Shown: piece by piece, positions 8,520 through 17,249 of the stretch
How positions within the stretch are numbered: position 1 is the first letter of the stretch
Layout: every line of letters starts with the position of its first letter
Source: Desulfobacterales bacterium
Lineage (GTDB): Bacteria; Desulfobacterota; Desulfobacteria; Desulfobacterales; UBA2245
NCBI GenBank assembly: GCA_040771865.1
Contig: JAXGZF010000003.1
Span: forward strand, 558,001 to 585,094
Length of the DNA stretch: 27,094 nt
Reading direction: 5' to 3'
Program-made: the position numbers and the translations under genes
Notes under the pieces: generated by a model
What the model was told of the DNA's origin: nothing
Databases searched by the model: none
What the model saw: only the letters and a program-made list of their open reading frames with translations

Positions 8520-10103
8520 TTAAGCCCAATAAATGGATTGCGCTATCAGGCTGGTCAGGTCCTTAACCTCCATGCTCAGACTTTGGCCCAGAAAGGGATC
8601 TTCCATGGCGCATTTGAGGTGAATCTGGCATTTGGGACACGCGGTTACCAGCATGTCTCTGCCGCCGGCTCTGGCCTGCCTCAAACGATTGACCTGCATG
8701 GCTTTTACGTAGGCATCGCAGCCGTTCCATGCGCATCCTCCGCAGCATATGGGACCGGTTTCGCTTTCACTGATTTCCCGGAAGCTTCGGGCCTTGAGAT
8801 GCCCGATGAGTTTTCGGGGAAGCGGCTTCAGTTCCGCTTCCTGAAGCAGGCGGCAGGGGTCCTGAAAAGTCAGGTCGGCGTCTATGGGTTTAAAATCGAC
8901 GGCGCCCTTTTCGATTTCCCGGTTCAGAAAATCGTACAGATGGATCACCTTGAATTCTGTTTCGATTCCGTGGCGCGGATAATCCACGGCAAGCGTCCGG
9001 TAGCATTCCGGACAGGCGGTGATCACCTGCTCGGCGCCGGAGGCATGGATGGCTTCGGCGTTCAAAACGGCGAGTTTTCGAAATCCCCTCTCATCTCCGG
9101 TCCATAGCAGGTCATGGCCGCAGCATCGTTCGTTGGAAAGCACGGATGGCTGAACATCGAAAAAATTGAGCAAACGAAGGGAATCCAGAAGAATATTCTG
9201 GGTCTGGGGTCCGAGAAATTTTCGAAAGAAGATGTCGAAATAAGGAGCGCAGCCTCCGAAGAACAGAATCTTGCTTTTCATTTTCAGATGAATTGAGTCG
9301 GGGAGCCAGGACCATCGATCCATATTCAGGGAAGCCGAACCCTGAACCCGCATCATCGACTGGAAAAAGCCACCGTGAGGTTCGTGGACTTTAATGCCGG
9401 CATCCTGGTAGATTTCACGGACCTCTCGAACAAATTCGGGAAAATTGACCGCCCGGGGACAGCGCTCATAGCACCGGCCGCAGGTCAGGCACGACCAGAT
9501 CCCTTCGAACACCATTGGAGAGTCGATATCTCCGGCAATCATGGCACTGGCAACCGCCCTGGGAGTAAAGGACTTTCCGGTCAGGGACAGGGGGCAGGCC
9601 GAAGAACACTTTCCGCAATCCTGGCACGAAAAGATATCGTATTTCGAAACCGCCCGCGCCACCCGCTGCACATCGACAGCTTTTGTCGCCGGCTTTTCGC
9701 TTGCCTCGACCGGACTTTTGTCAAGCATCCGTATTTCCTTGGCGAATGTATTCAGAAATTCAAAAAGCCCTTCCGCGTCGTCCGGCAAAAAGGTGGCCAG
9801 GCGAAGCCGTTGTTCTCCCACTCCCATGATGTTTAAAATCCGGCGGGCGTCATCTGTATTTTCCTGGGCCGTCAAGGCGCCGTTTCCGTAACGGCAGGAA
9901 CCGGGTCGGCATCCGACCAGTGCCACGCCATCCGCGCCTCTTTCAAACGCCTTGATAAGCAGGGCCTTGCTGATGCGTCCGGTACAGGGAATCCTCACCA
10001 TTTTGATTTCAGCGGGAATTTTGGCTCTCCGATCCTGAAGCGTTTGGAACGCCACATGAGGCCCCCAGTTGCACAGAAATAATATAATATTGAAATCGTT
10101 CAT
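8520..10103 (-). CDS. MvhD-HdrD fusion: N-terminal MvhD domain, 2x[4Fe-4S] and two CCG domains (527 aa)
   Basis: FLCNWG...IPCTGRI...GADGVALVGCRPGSCRYGNG; CQDCGKCSSACP and CLTCGRCYERCP; CCG domains GGC..ERCCG..TACPEC and DPC..ICCGG..TACPKC. Start moved to ATG 10103 to remove the overlap with the upstream gene. Confidence 0.88.
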   Translation of the reverse strand: MNDFNIILFLCNWGPHVAFQTLQDRRAKIPAEIKMVRIPCTGRISKALLIKAFERGADGVALVGCRPGSCRYGNGALTAQENTDDARRILNIMGVGEQRLRLATFLPDDAEGLFEFLNTFAKEIRMLDKSPVEASEKPATKAVDVQRVARAVSKYDIFSCQDCGKCSSACPLSLTGKSFTPRAVASAMIAGDIDSPMVFEGIWSCLTCGRCYERCPRAVNFPEFVREVREIYQDAGIKVHEPHGGFFQSMMRVQGSASLNMDRWSWLPDSIHLKMKSKILFFGGCAPYFDIFFRKFLGPQTQNILLDSLRLLNFFDVQPSVLSNERCCGHDLLWTGDERGFRKLAVLNAEAIHASGAEQVITACPECYRTLAVDYPRHGIETEFKVIHLYDFLNREIEKGAVDFKPIDADLTFQDPCRLLQEAELKPLPRKLIGHLKARSFREISESETGPICCGGCAWNGCDAYVKAMQVNRLRQARAGGRDMLVTACPKCQIHLKCAMEDPFLGQSLSMEVKDLTSLIAQSIYWA

Positions 10104-10135
10104 TTTTTCACAATAAAAGCATCTTGTTTTACGTT

Positions 10136-13100
10136 TCAGTCGGTCAATTCGGAATTTCCCAGCACTTCTTCCAGCATTTGCTCCAGATAGGCCTGGTTTC
10201 GATAAGGGCTGTCCGCGGCACCGGTGGGGCATACCGAAATGCAGTTGCCGCATCCCTTGCACAGGGCGGCGTCAACCGTGGAGGTCCAGATGCCCAGCTC
10301 GTTTCGCTTCATTGTAACCGCCTGATAGGGACATGCCTGAAGGCATCGACCGCACCCCCTGCACAGCTTTTCATCCACCTGTACGGTAAAACCCTTGCTC
10401 TGCCTCGGCCCACGGGGCATGACCGCGGCGGCGAGCACGGCAGCCGCCTCTCCTTTCTGGCGCTTTGAGACCTGAACGCGCGGAGGGTCCGCCAGATAGA
10501 GTCCCGGAATTGCGGTTGAGCCCGGATAGAGAAAGGGAATGCCGTGCTGTCCGGATTCCTGAATGGCGGCATCGACGTAGATGCCGGGCAGTCCTTCCTG
10601 ATGAATATACTGAATGTTTTTTCTGGCCCGCTCGCCGATAATCACCGCCCCGGCCTGCATGATCTGTTCGGTGCCTTCGGCCTGAATCCGGATTCGAAAA
10701 TCGCCCAGAGTTCCGCTCAACTCCATGACGGAAGCCTGTTCCCAGCGGGTCAGATTGGGGCAATCCTGCAATTGTCGGGGAAGGTTTGCGCCCGATTCCA
10801 GCCAGACAATATCCATGCCGGCCCTGGCCAGGGTCCAAGCGCTGTGAAGGGAAGCTTCACAGTCTCCGATCACCGCCGTGGTAAAATTATAATTTCTCGC
10901 CGGCACGGAAAAGAGCTTGAGCCGTTTGGCGCGCTTCACCGATCGGTTCATCAGGCGGGCAAACCGGTTCAGGGCCAGTTCTGCATCGTCAACAATGATT
11001 CGAAGCACCTCGCCGCGCAGGTTGCAGGTCTCCACCATGGAGCGGCTGATTCCCGTACCGCTGAACAGGCCGTGTTTCAGGCGGCTTCGCTGATCCGTGC
11101 AGGCGCTGCAAACAAAATTCAGCGGACAGCACACGCAGGATGCCAGCACCAGGCGGGTAATGCCTTTTTGCATCACGGTTTTGACGATATATGCGGTGGT
11201 TTCCGGAAGACAGGCCGCGTTCAGAACTTCCGCATGAACAACGTCCTCGGCCTGATTGAGCGCTTCGATATAGTCATCCATTCCATCGACCCATCCCATC
11301 GAGCGGTTGCATCGGCAGGCGAACACGCCGAGACGGATTTCGGATAAAAGGGCGGGCTCGGGCTGAGAGATCGCCATGGCGTGGCCTCTGGGCCGGTGCG
11401 CGATGTTCTCCAGAAGGCTCATGGCCCGTGCGGCTGCTGCAAACCCCCGCACCATCATGGCGTTGACATCGGTTCTGGTTCCCGGAGGCGCATAGACTCG
11501 AATGACGTCATCCCCCTTGATGGACGGAACAATGTGTGGATCGGCGATAATCAGAACGCCGGCCTGTTCGACCGATTCTTCGCAGACCTGTTGATGCCGG
11601 ATCGCCTTGACCTCTCCGCAGGCTTCGGAGCAAAGCAGGCACTGGGAGCAGATTCCGCACTGAAGACATCTTTCGGATTCAACCTTCACCTGAGGTTCGC
11701 TGAGCCCCAGACAAACCTCCAGAAAATCTTTTTTTCGCACCGCCGCCTGACGTTCGGCAAGCGTCGGGCGGGCATGAAAAGGGATATCGGCGGCAATTTC
11801 CGGAAACGGCCGGTCCTTGGGCCGGGCCGATGCCGGTTGCACTGCATCGGCGGCACCCAGACCGGCGGCAACCGATCGGGCTGATTTTCTTCCATCGGCC
11901 ATGGCCTGCACCACGGAACTCGGACCCGACACGGCATCGCCGGCGGCATACACCCGAGGAATATTGGTTCGGAAAACAGGGTCGGTCCGTATCAGACCCT
12001 CGGCAGACACCTCAAGCCCTTTTACGGCCGCCAGCGCGCCGGTCTGTCCGATGGCCTCAACGGCCGCATCAAAGTCCAGAAAGAACGCTTCGCTTTCTGC
12101 ACCCGGAACGGGCTCGGGAATGCCGCGGGAATCGGGCTTTCCAGGACAAGTTGGGATGCATTGGATCCGCTCGAGTTTTCCGTTGCGGCCGCAAAACGAC
12201 GTCACCTGGGTCAGTTCCCGAATCTGGACGCCTTCTTCCAGAGCCTGCCGAATTTCTTCGGCGTCAGCCGGCATATCCTGCTGCCTGCGTCTGTAGAGAA
12301 TCGTCGGCGCCGCGCCGAGACGAACCGCAGCCCGGGCCGCATCCATGGCGGAATTGCCGCCTCCGATGACGGCCACCCTTACCGGAAGCGATTTGAGTTC
12401 TCCGGAAAAAGCGCTGCGCAAAAATTTCAGGCACGACCAGACGCCTTCCAGTTTTTCGCCCGGAACGCCCAGTTCGCGATCCTTGCAGCTTCCGATGGTC
12501 AGAAGCACAGCATCGAAGCGCTTTCTTAAATTTTCGATATCCTTTTCAGGATCGATCAAAGCATCGGTGTGAAAGGCAACCCCCAGGGAACGAATGTATT
12601 CCAGTTCTCTTTCCAGAATTTCACTTGGAAGCCGGTAGGGGCCGATGGCGTAACGCAGCAGGCCGCCGGCCAGTTTTTCCTTTTCAAAGATGGAAACCGA
12701 AAATCCATATCTGGCCAGGTCCGCGGCGGCGGCCAACCCGGACGGACCCGATCCGACCACTGCAATCTTCTCTTTTCTCGTTGCCAGGGCCGAATCCCTG
12801 GAGCTCATCTCTTCGCAAGCCGTCTCATGATCCGCCAGGAACCGCTTGATTGCCCGAATGGAAACGGGCTCATCCAGCTCCGACCTTCGGCAGGCGGCTT
12901 CGCACGGGTGCGTGCATACCCGCCCGCAGATGCCGGGAAGCACGTTGTCCCGACGGATCAGATCCAGTGCCTCCGCATATCTTCCGACCCGCGTCAAGGC
13001 AAGATAGCCCTGGACATTGACTCCCAGCGGACATTCCTCCTGACAGGGGGGGGACTTTCGTTTGTCGATGACCGCACGGCCGGGCAGGCTTCGTCGCGTT

Positions 13101-13504
13101 TCAAAGTCAACGGCTTTCCGGGCGGAATCAACCGATGCCGGACACGCCTGGACGCAGTTTCCACAAAGGGTGCACCGATCCGGGTCGACAAAAACCGGCC
13201 TTTGCTTCAGACGAATCCTGAATCCCTGAGGCGTGTGCTTGACTGAGGTGATTTCAGCCGGCATGATGCATTGAATCGATGGGTTTCGAAGAATACGGAT
13301 CAGCCCCGGCCGGTGAGCATGATTGAACGGCGCTCCTGAAGGCAGGCGCCATTCCGGCCGGGCCAGTTCGCGGTCCATGTCCGGATTGGCGTCCACCAGA
13401 GTAACGGGAATGCCCAGTTCCCCGAGCTTGTTGGCGGCGGTGATTCCTGCCGGCGTCATGCCGATGATGATCACTCTCTGAAGTCTGTCCTTGGGCCGTT
13501 TCAT
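10136..13504 (-). CDS. HdrL-like multidomain FAD/Fe-S oxidoreductase (degenerate HdrA segments around a GltD/NfnB-like NAD(P)H module)
   Basis: CTLCGNCVQACP; PPCQEECPLG...ICGRVCTHPCEAAC; VVGSGPSG; VIGGGNSAMD; YRR; YAAGDAVSGP; ERCLQCGICSQCLLC; HdrA N-domain-like LGVFACRC...CNLR; C-terminal CRGCGRCLQACP and CKGCGNCISVCP. Confidence 0.85.
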   Translation of the reverse strand: MKRPKDRLQRVIIIGMTPAGITAANKLGELGIPVTLVDANPDMDRELARPEWRLPSGAPFNHAHRPGLIRILRNPSIQCIMPAEITSVKHTPQGFRIRLKQRPVFVDPDRCTLCGNCVQACPASVDSARKAVDFETRRSLPGRAVIDKRKSPPCQEECPLGVNVQGYLALTRVGRYAEALDLIRRDNVLPGICGRVCTHPCEAACRRSELDEPVSIRAIKRFLADHETACEEMSSRDSALATRKEKIAVVGSGPSGLAAAADLARYGFSVSIFEKEKLAGGLLRYAIGPYRLPSEILERELEYIRSLGVAFHTDALIDPEKDIENLRKRFDAVLLTIGSCKDRELGVPGEKLEGVWSCLKFLRSAFSGELKSLPVRVAVIGGGNSAMDAARAAVRLGAAPTILYRRRQQDMPADAEEIRQALEEGVQIRELTQVTSFCGRNGKLERIQCIPTCPGKPDSRGIPEPVPGAESEAFFLDFDAAVEAIGQTGALAAVKGLEVSAEGLIRTDPVFRTNIPRVYAAGDAVSGPSSVVQAMADGRKSARSVAAGLGAADAVQPASARPKDRPFPEIAADIPFHARPTLAERQAAVRKKDFLEVCLGLSEPQVKVESERCLQCGICSQCLLCSEACGEVKAIRHQQVCEESVEQAGVLIIADPHIVPSIKGDDVIRVYAPPGTRTDVNAMMVRGFAAAARAMSLLENIAHRPRGHAMAISQPEPALLSEIRLGVFACRCNRSMGWVDGMDDYIEALNQAEDVVHAEVLNAACLPETTAYIVKTVMQKGITRLVLASCVCCPLNFVCSACTDQRSRLKHGLFSGTGISRSMVETCNLRGEVLRIIVDDAELALNRFARLMNRSVKRAKRLKLFSVPARNYNFTTAVIGDCEASLHSAWTLARAGMDIVWLESGANLPRQLQDCPNLTRWEQASVMELSGTLGDFRIRIQAEGTEQIMQAGAVIIGERARKNIQYIHQEGLPGIYVDAAIQESGQHGIPFLYPGSTAIPGLYLADPPRVQVSKRQKGEAAAVLAAAVMPRGPRQSKGFTVQVDEKLCRGCGRCLQACPYQAVTMKRNELGIWTSTVDAALCKGCGNCISVCPTGAADSPYRNQAYLEQMLEEVLGNSELTD

Positions 13505-14091
13505 GCAATCGCTCCTGTCTGTCCGGCGGCTTTTTTCTCCCTGCCTTTCAAAACGGCAAGGCCGTGATCGTATCCTTTGGCAAATGCCGTCAGATTCAGT
13601 TCCTCGGTTCCCCTGGGAACGCTCTGGCGAATGGTTTCTCTGGCTGCGTTCATGGAGACGACCGGCATTGCGGCTGTCAGAAAGCCTATCATGATGATGT
13701 TGGCCATCATTTTCTGTCCCAGGGCCTCGGCCATTCGGGTCGCCGGCACGTGGTATGCATCGAAATCTCCAGGGACCGGCTTTACGAGGTCTTCGTCCAC
13801 GATCAGGACGCCTTTCTCTTTAAGCTGTTCGATATATTTTTGATATCCTCCCTGAGACATGCAGATCAGAATGTCGGCCTGGTTTACATAGGGATAGTGA
13901 ATGGGATTTGCACTGATGATCACCTGAGCGCTGCATGCGCCGCCCCGGGACTCCGGTCCGTAGGACTGTACCAGAGTGCTCTCGTTTCCATCCACAAGGG
14001 ACGCGGCTTTTCCGATGATGCGGCCCAATAGAATGATTCCCTGGCCCCCGAAACCCGTTACGATGATTTTTGTCTCTGCGAGATCCTGCAT
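13501..14091 (-). CDS. korC: 2-oxoacid:ferredoxin oxidoreductase gamma subunit
   Basis: TGFGGQGIIL, QSYGPESRGG, ANIIMIG. ATGA overlap with the next gene. Confidence 0.92.
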   Translation of the reverse strand: MQDLAETKIIVTGFGGQGIILLGRIIGKAASLVDGNESTLVQSYGPESRGGACSAQVIISANPIHYPYVNQADILICMSQGGYQKYIEQLKEKGVLIVDEDLVKPVPGDFDAYHVPATRMAEALGQKMMANIIMIGFLTAAMPVVSMNAARETIRQSVPRGTEELNLTAFAKGYDHGLAVLKGREKKAAGQTGAIA

Positions 14092-14136
14092 ACGCCTCTA
14101 TTTTTACAATTCGATTGTGTTTTGCCGGTTCAAAAC

Positions 14137-14979
14137 CTACTCGGCCAATCTGTAGATTTTTTCATACTGTTCAAAAAAGGTCGGCTTGTGAATGTCCACG
14201 AATTTGCCGAGAATGATGCCTTTTTTGAAATCGATGTCCAATTCGGACGGGGAGGCCCCGTTCTTGATCATGGTTTTGTCCCGGTACATCGTCAGCGTAT
14301 CCAAGGGTTTTTCCCTGTTTCTTCGTCCGTAATTGACCGGGCAGGGGGAAAGGGCCTCGATAAAAGCGAATCCCGGCTTGACCAGCGCTTCTTTAATGGA
14401 TTCCACCAGATCCCGAATATGCAGCATGGTCCATCGGGCTACATAGACCGCCCCGGCGGCATACGCCAGAAGCGGAAGGTTGAAGGGCTTTTCCGGATTT
14501 CCCAAAGGCGTGGTGGTTGTGCGGGAACCTTCGGGAGTGGTGGCTGCGACCTGGCCTCCGGTCATTCCGTAATTCAGGTTGTTGACGCACACCACGGTGA
14601 TGTCGATGTTCCGGCGGGCTGCATGGATGAAATGATTGCCGCCGATGGCAAAAAGATCCCCGTCTCCGCTGAACACGATGACCTTCAGCTCCGGGTTGGC
14701 CAGCTTGACTCCGGTGGCAAACGGAATGGCCCGGCCATGGGTTGTGTGAAAGGAATCCAGATTGGCGTATCCGGCCGCCCGGCCCGAACATCCGATTCCG
14801 GACACCATAACGATCTTGTCCTGATCGATTCCGCTGCTCTGAATGGCTGTCAGACAGGCCGAAAATACCGTTCCGATTCCACAGCCCGGGCACCAGATAT
14901 GCGGCATGCGATCCTTTCGAACCATATCGTCCAGAGGATGGGCCTTTTCCTTGCCGGCTTTTTTAAGACGATCGGCCAT
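14137..14979 (-). CDS. korB: 2-oxoacid:ferredoxin oxidoreductase beta subunit (TPP-binding)
   Basis: WCPGCG, SGIGCSGR, HGRAIP, GDGD...NNLNYGMTGGQ, SPCP. Confidence 0.94.
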   Translation of the reverse strand: MADRLKKAGKEKAHPLDDMVRKDRMPHIWCPGCGIGTVFSACLTAIQSSGIDQDKIVMVSGIGCSGRAAGYANLDSFHTTHGRAIPFATGVKLANPELKVIVFSGDGDLFAIGGNHFIHAARRNIDITVVCVNNLNYGMTGGQVAATTPEGSRTTTTPLGNPEKPFNLPLLAYAAGAVYVARWTMLHIRDLVESIKEALVKPGFAFIEALSPCPVNYGRRNREKPLDTLTMYRDKTMIKNGASPSELDIDFKKGIILGKFVDIHKPTFFEQYEKIYRLAE

Positions 14980-14982
14980 GAT

Positions 14983-16128
14983 CTAAAAAGCCTCCTTTAT
15001 TCGCTCCACTACACGTTGCGGCGAAATCAGCGTTCCGCCCGCATGCCCCGCCAGAAATGCCGGGGCCCTTCCGGCAGCGCACCGTTCCACCTCCAGATGG
15101 ATCTGCCCCAGATTGATTTCCACCGTCACAAAGCCTTTTACCCGTAAGGCCAGCGACCGGATCAGCGCTTCGGGAAAGGGCCAGACCGTCAGAAGCCGCA
15201 GGAGCCCGGCCTTGATTCCCTGCTTGCGGGCCATGTCCACGGCAGCCAGTGCGGTTCGCCCGGAGACGCCGTAAGAAACCAAGGCGATTTCAGCGTCCTC
15301 CATTCGATAACTTTCCGTTTGAATGATATCGTCCAGGTGGTTTCGAATCTTTCCGACGATCCGGTTCACCATGTTTTCCTGGGCTTCCACGGTCAAGGCC
15401 GGATATCCCCGTTCGTCATGGGTCAGGCCGGTCACATGAATCCGGTAACCATCTCCGGCCGCCGGCATCGGCGCTGCGCCGTTTTCAAAGGGTGAAAAAA
15501 GTCTGAAGCGGTCCTTTCGTCCTCTGGGTTTGTTTCGGGGTGTAGTCTCGATCTTTCGGGCATCGGGAATGACGACCCGTTCGCTCATATGGCCGATCAC
15601 CTCGTCCGTCATGACCAAGACCGGCGTTCGATATTTTTCGCTCAGATTAAAGGCCCGAATGGTCTGGTAAAAAAGCTCCTGAGGAGATGAGGGCGCCAGC
15701 GCGATGATTTCATAATGTCCGTGGGATCCCCACCGGGCCTGCATCATGTCTCCCTGGGCAACCTGAGTGGGCAGACCGGTGGACGGCCCGCCGCGCTGGA
15801 CATTGACCACGACGCAGGGGGTTTCCGTGCTGATTCCCAGCCCGATATTTTCCATCATCAGACTGAATCCCGGGCCCGAGGTCGCGGTCATGCTCTTTTT
15901 CCCCGCCCAGGAAGCCCCGAGCACCGAAGCCATGGCGGCAATCTCGTCTTCCATCTGAATGAAAATACCACCCATCTCGGGAAGCCTTTCTGCCATATGT
16001 TCGGCAATCTCGGTCGCCGGGGTGATGGGGTATCCTCCAAAAAATCTGCACCCGGCCGCCAGGGCCCCCTCGGCGCAGGCCACATCTCCGGTGATGAAAT
16101 GTTTTCCAGTTAATAAAGCTGATTTCAT
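14983..16128 (-). CDS. korA: 2-oxoacid:ferredoxin oxidoreductase alpha subunit
   Basis: GYPITPATEI, QMEDEIA, TATSGPGFSLM, QRGGPSTGLPT, VEINLGQ. Start moved to ATG 16128 (MKSALLTG), just after the delta-subunit stop. Confidence 0.94.
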   Translation of the reverse strand: MKSALLTGKHFITGDVACAEGALAAGCRFFGGYPITPATEIAEHMAERLPEMGGIFIQMEDEIAAMASVLGASWAGKKSMTATSGPGFSLMMENIGLGISTETPCVVVNVQRGGPSTGLPTQVAQGDMMQARWGSHGHYEIIALAPSSPQELFYQTIRAFNLSEKYRTPVLVMTDEVIGHMSERVVIPDARKIETTPRNKPRGRKDRFRLFSPFENGAAPMPAAGDGYRIHVTGLTHDERGYPALTVEAQENMVNRIVGKIRNHLDDIIQTESYRMEDAEIALVSYGVSGRTALAAVDMARKQGIKAGLLRLLTVWPFPEALIRSLALRVKGFVTVEINLGQIHLEVERCAAGRAPAFLAGHAGGTLISPQRVVERIKEAF

Positions 16129-16133
16129 CGGTT

Positions 16134-16430
16134 TTAAGTTTCCCTGATCGTATCGGTGGTTGCCGAAACTTCCGGCTGAGCCTCGGTGGAATAGATGGCG
16201 AATTCCGGGCAGATGATTTCGCAAAAACGGCAATTGACGCAGTCATCGGCCCGAATGACCTCCGGGGGGTGATATCCCTTGGCGTTGAAACGCGAAGAAA
16301 TATTCAGCACGTTTCGAGGACAGAAGGCGATGCAATACCCGCATCCTTTGCATCGATCCTCAAAAATGGTAAGTATTCCCCGCGATACCTGAATTGCATC
16401 GATATCCAGAGGAACCCTCCAAAAATTCAT
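16134..16430 (-). CDS. korD: 2-oxoacid:ferredoxin oxidoreductase delta subunit (2x[4Fe-4S] ferredoxin)
   Basis: CKGCGYCIAFCP and CVNCRFCEIICPEFAI, plus NAKGYHP. SD GGAG upstream. Confidence 0.9.
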   Translation of the reverse strand: MNFWRVPLDIDAIQVSRGILTIFEDRCKGCGYCIAFCPRNVLNISSRFNAKGYHPPEVIRADDCVNCRFCEIICPEFAIYSTEAQPEVSATTDTIRET

Positions 16431-16832
16431 AACCCTCTCCTGTGCATTTTTTGTTAATATGAATTTAAACGCCTTTTATAATTCAAAAACCTTTATACTA
16501 TTTTAGGATCATGTCAAGAAATATGTTAAACAACCTCGATTAAACGAATCAACTCATTTACTTTCAGGGGGGGTAAATAAAAATCCATTCAAAATACGCT
16601 CGCCGGAATTCAAAACAAATTTCATCCATCGGGATTCTCGGAATGATTCAGGAGTTCAACCCGAATGTATTCCAGATGCCGTCTTATTTAAATGAAGACT
16701 TCAGGGCTTTCATTAGGGCGCTACCTTTATATATAAATTGAAACGGGAAAGATCCGGGGGAATATTCCAAATGGAGGCCGTCGATCCGGTTTGTGAATCG
16801 GATCGATTTTCCTTTGAATTCAACAAAAAGAG

Positions 16833-16861
16833 TTGACAAGGTTTTTTCCAGCTATTATATT
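16833..16861 (+). promoter_or_regulatory. Sigma70-type promoter for the PxxKW gene
   Basis: TTGACA (16833-16838), 17-bp spacer, TATATT (16856-16861). Confidence 0.65.
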
Positions 16862-16920
16862 CGCCCAATCCTTTAAAGGGCCTTGCGGCTCTTTTTAAAT
16901 TTCACAAGGGGGTGATGAGA

Positions 16921-17199
16921 TTGATTTGTAATACCGTACGCAAAGGTCAGGAATGCGCTTTGATGACCGCAAAAGGATGTTCTTATAATGGTGGATTTTG
17001 CCATCCGGTCGTGGAACCCTGCGATGGATGCGGCCGAAGGACAGAAATCGAGGGTCAGTGGTACTGTACTGCGTGCCCCGAGCCGGCGCTGAAATGGAAA
17101 AATGGAAACTGCAACCTGGCGACCCATATTGCCGCAGCAGCGGTCGCAAAGACGAAGATCAATCCGCTGAAAGCATCCAAGCGCGGCGGCAAAAAATAA
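16921..17199 (+). CDS. PxxKW-family cysteine-rich small protein
   Basis: Nine Cys, PEPALKW, CNLATH and basic tail KINPLKASKR. SD-like AAGGGGG upstream. Start could be 16912, 16915 or TTG 16921. Confidence 0.82.
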   Translation: MICNTVRKGQECALMTAKGCSYNGGFCHPVVEPCDGCGRRTEIEGQWYCTACPEPALKWKNGNCNLATHIAAAAVAKTKINPLKASKRGGKK

Positions 17200-17217
17200 G
17201 ATAGGTCGTTGATCGAC

Positions 17218-17249
17218 AAACCCCGCTCGCGTCGAGCGGGGTTTTTTTT
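17218..17249 (+). terminator. Rho-independent terminator after the PxxKW gene
   Basis: AAACCCCGCTCG-CGT-CGAGCGGGGTTT running into a T8 tract. Confidence 0.9.

Noticed and set aside
6031..8529. hdrA as a nonsense pseudogene or as two separate genes
   Set aside because: The TGA is in frame, falls at a conserved Cys and has a SECIS-like hairpin. All other motifs are intact, so Sec readthrough explains it better.
10136..10138. Other TGA stops (HdrL-like gene, korC, hemerythrin, ilvN) as further Sec codons
   Set aside because: They fall at natural C-termini rather than Cys positions, and no SECIS-like hairpin was seen after them.
10104..10262. Upstream extensions of the MvhD-HdrD ORF (and likewise korA 16129-16233 and hdrA 8458-8529)
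   Set aside because: They overlap the preceding genes and contain no domain sequence; downstream ATGs fit better.
14122..15147. 341-aa + strand ORF, and similar long antisense ORFs such as 10544..11347, 21596..22546, 22837..23568 and 24982..26055
   Set aside because: Each overlaps a well-supported gene on the opposite strand and has shadow-ORF composition.
16489..16517. Sigma70 promoter for the kor-hdr operon (TTGACA on the minus strand at 16517-16512)
   Set aside because: The best -10 (TATAAA) is only 14 bp away, so the spacing is unconvincing.
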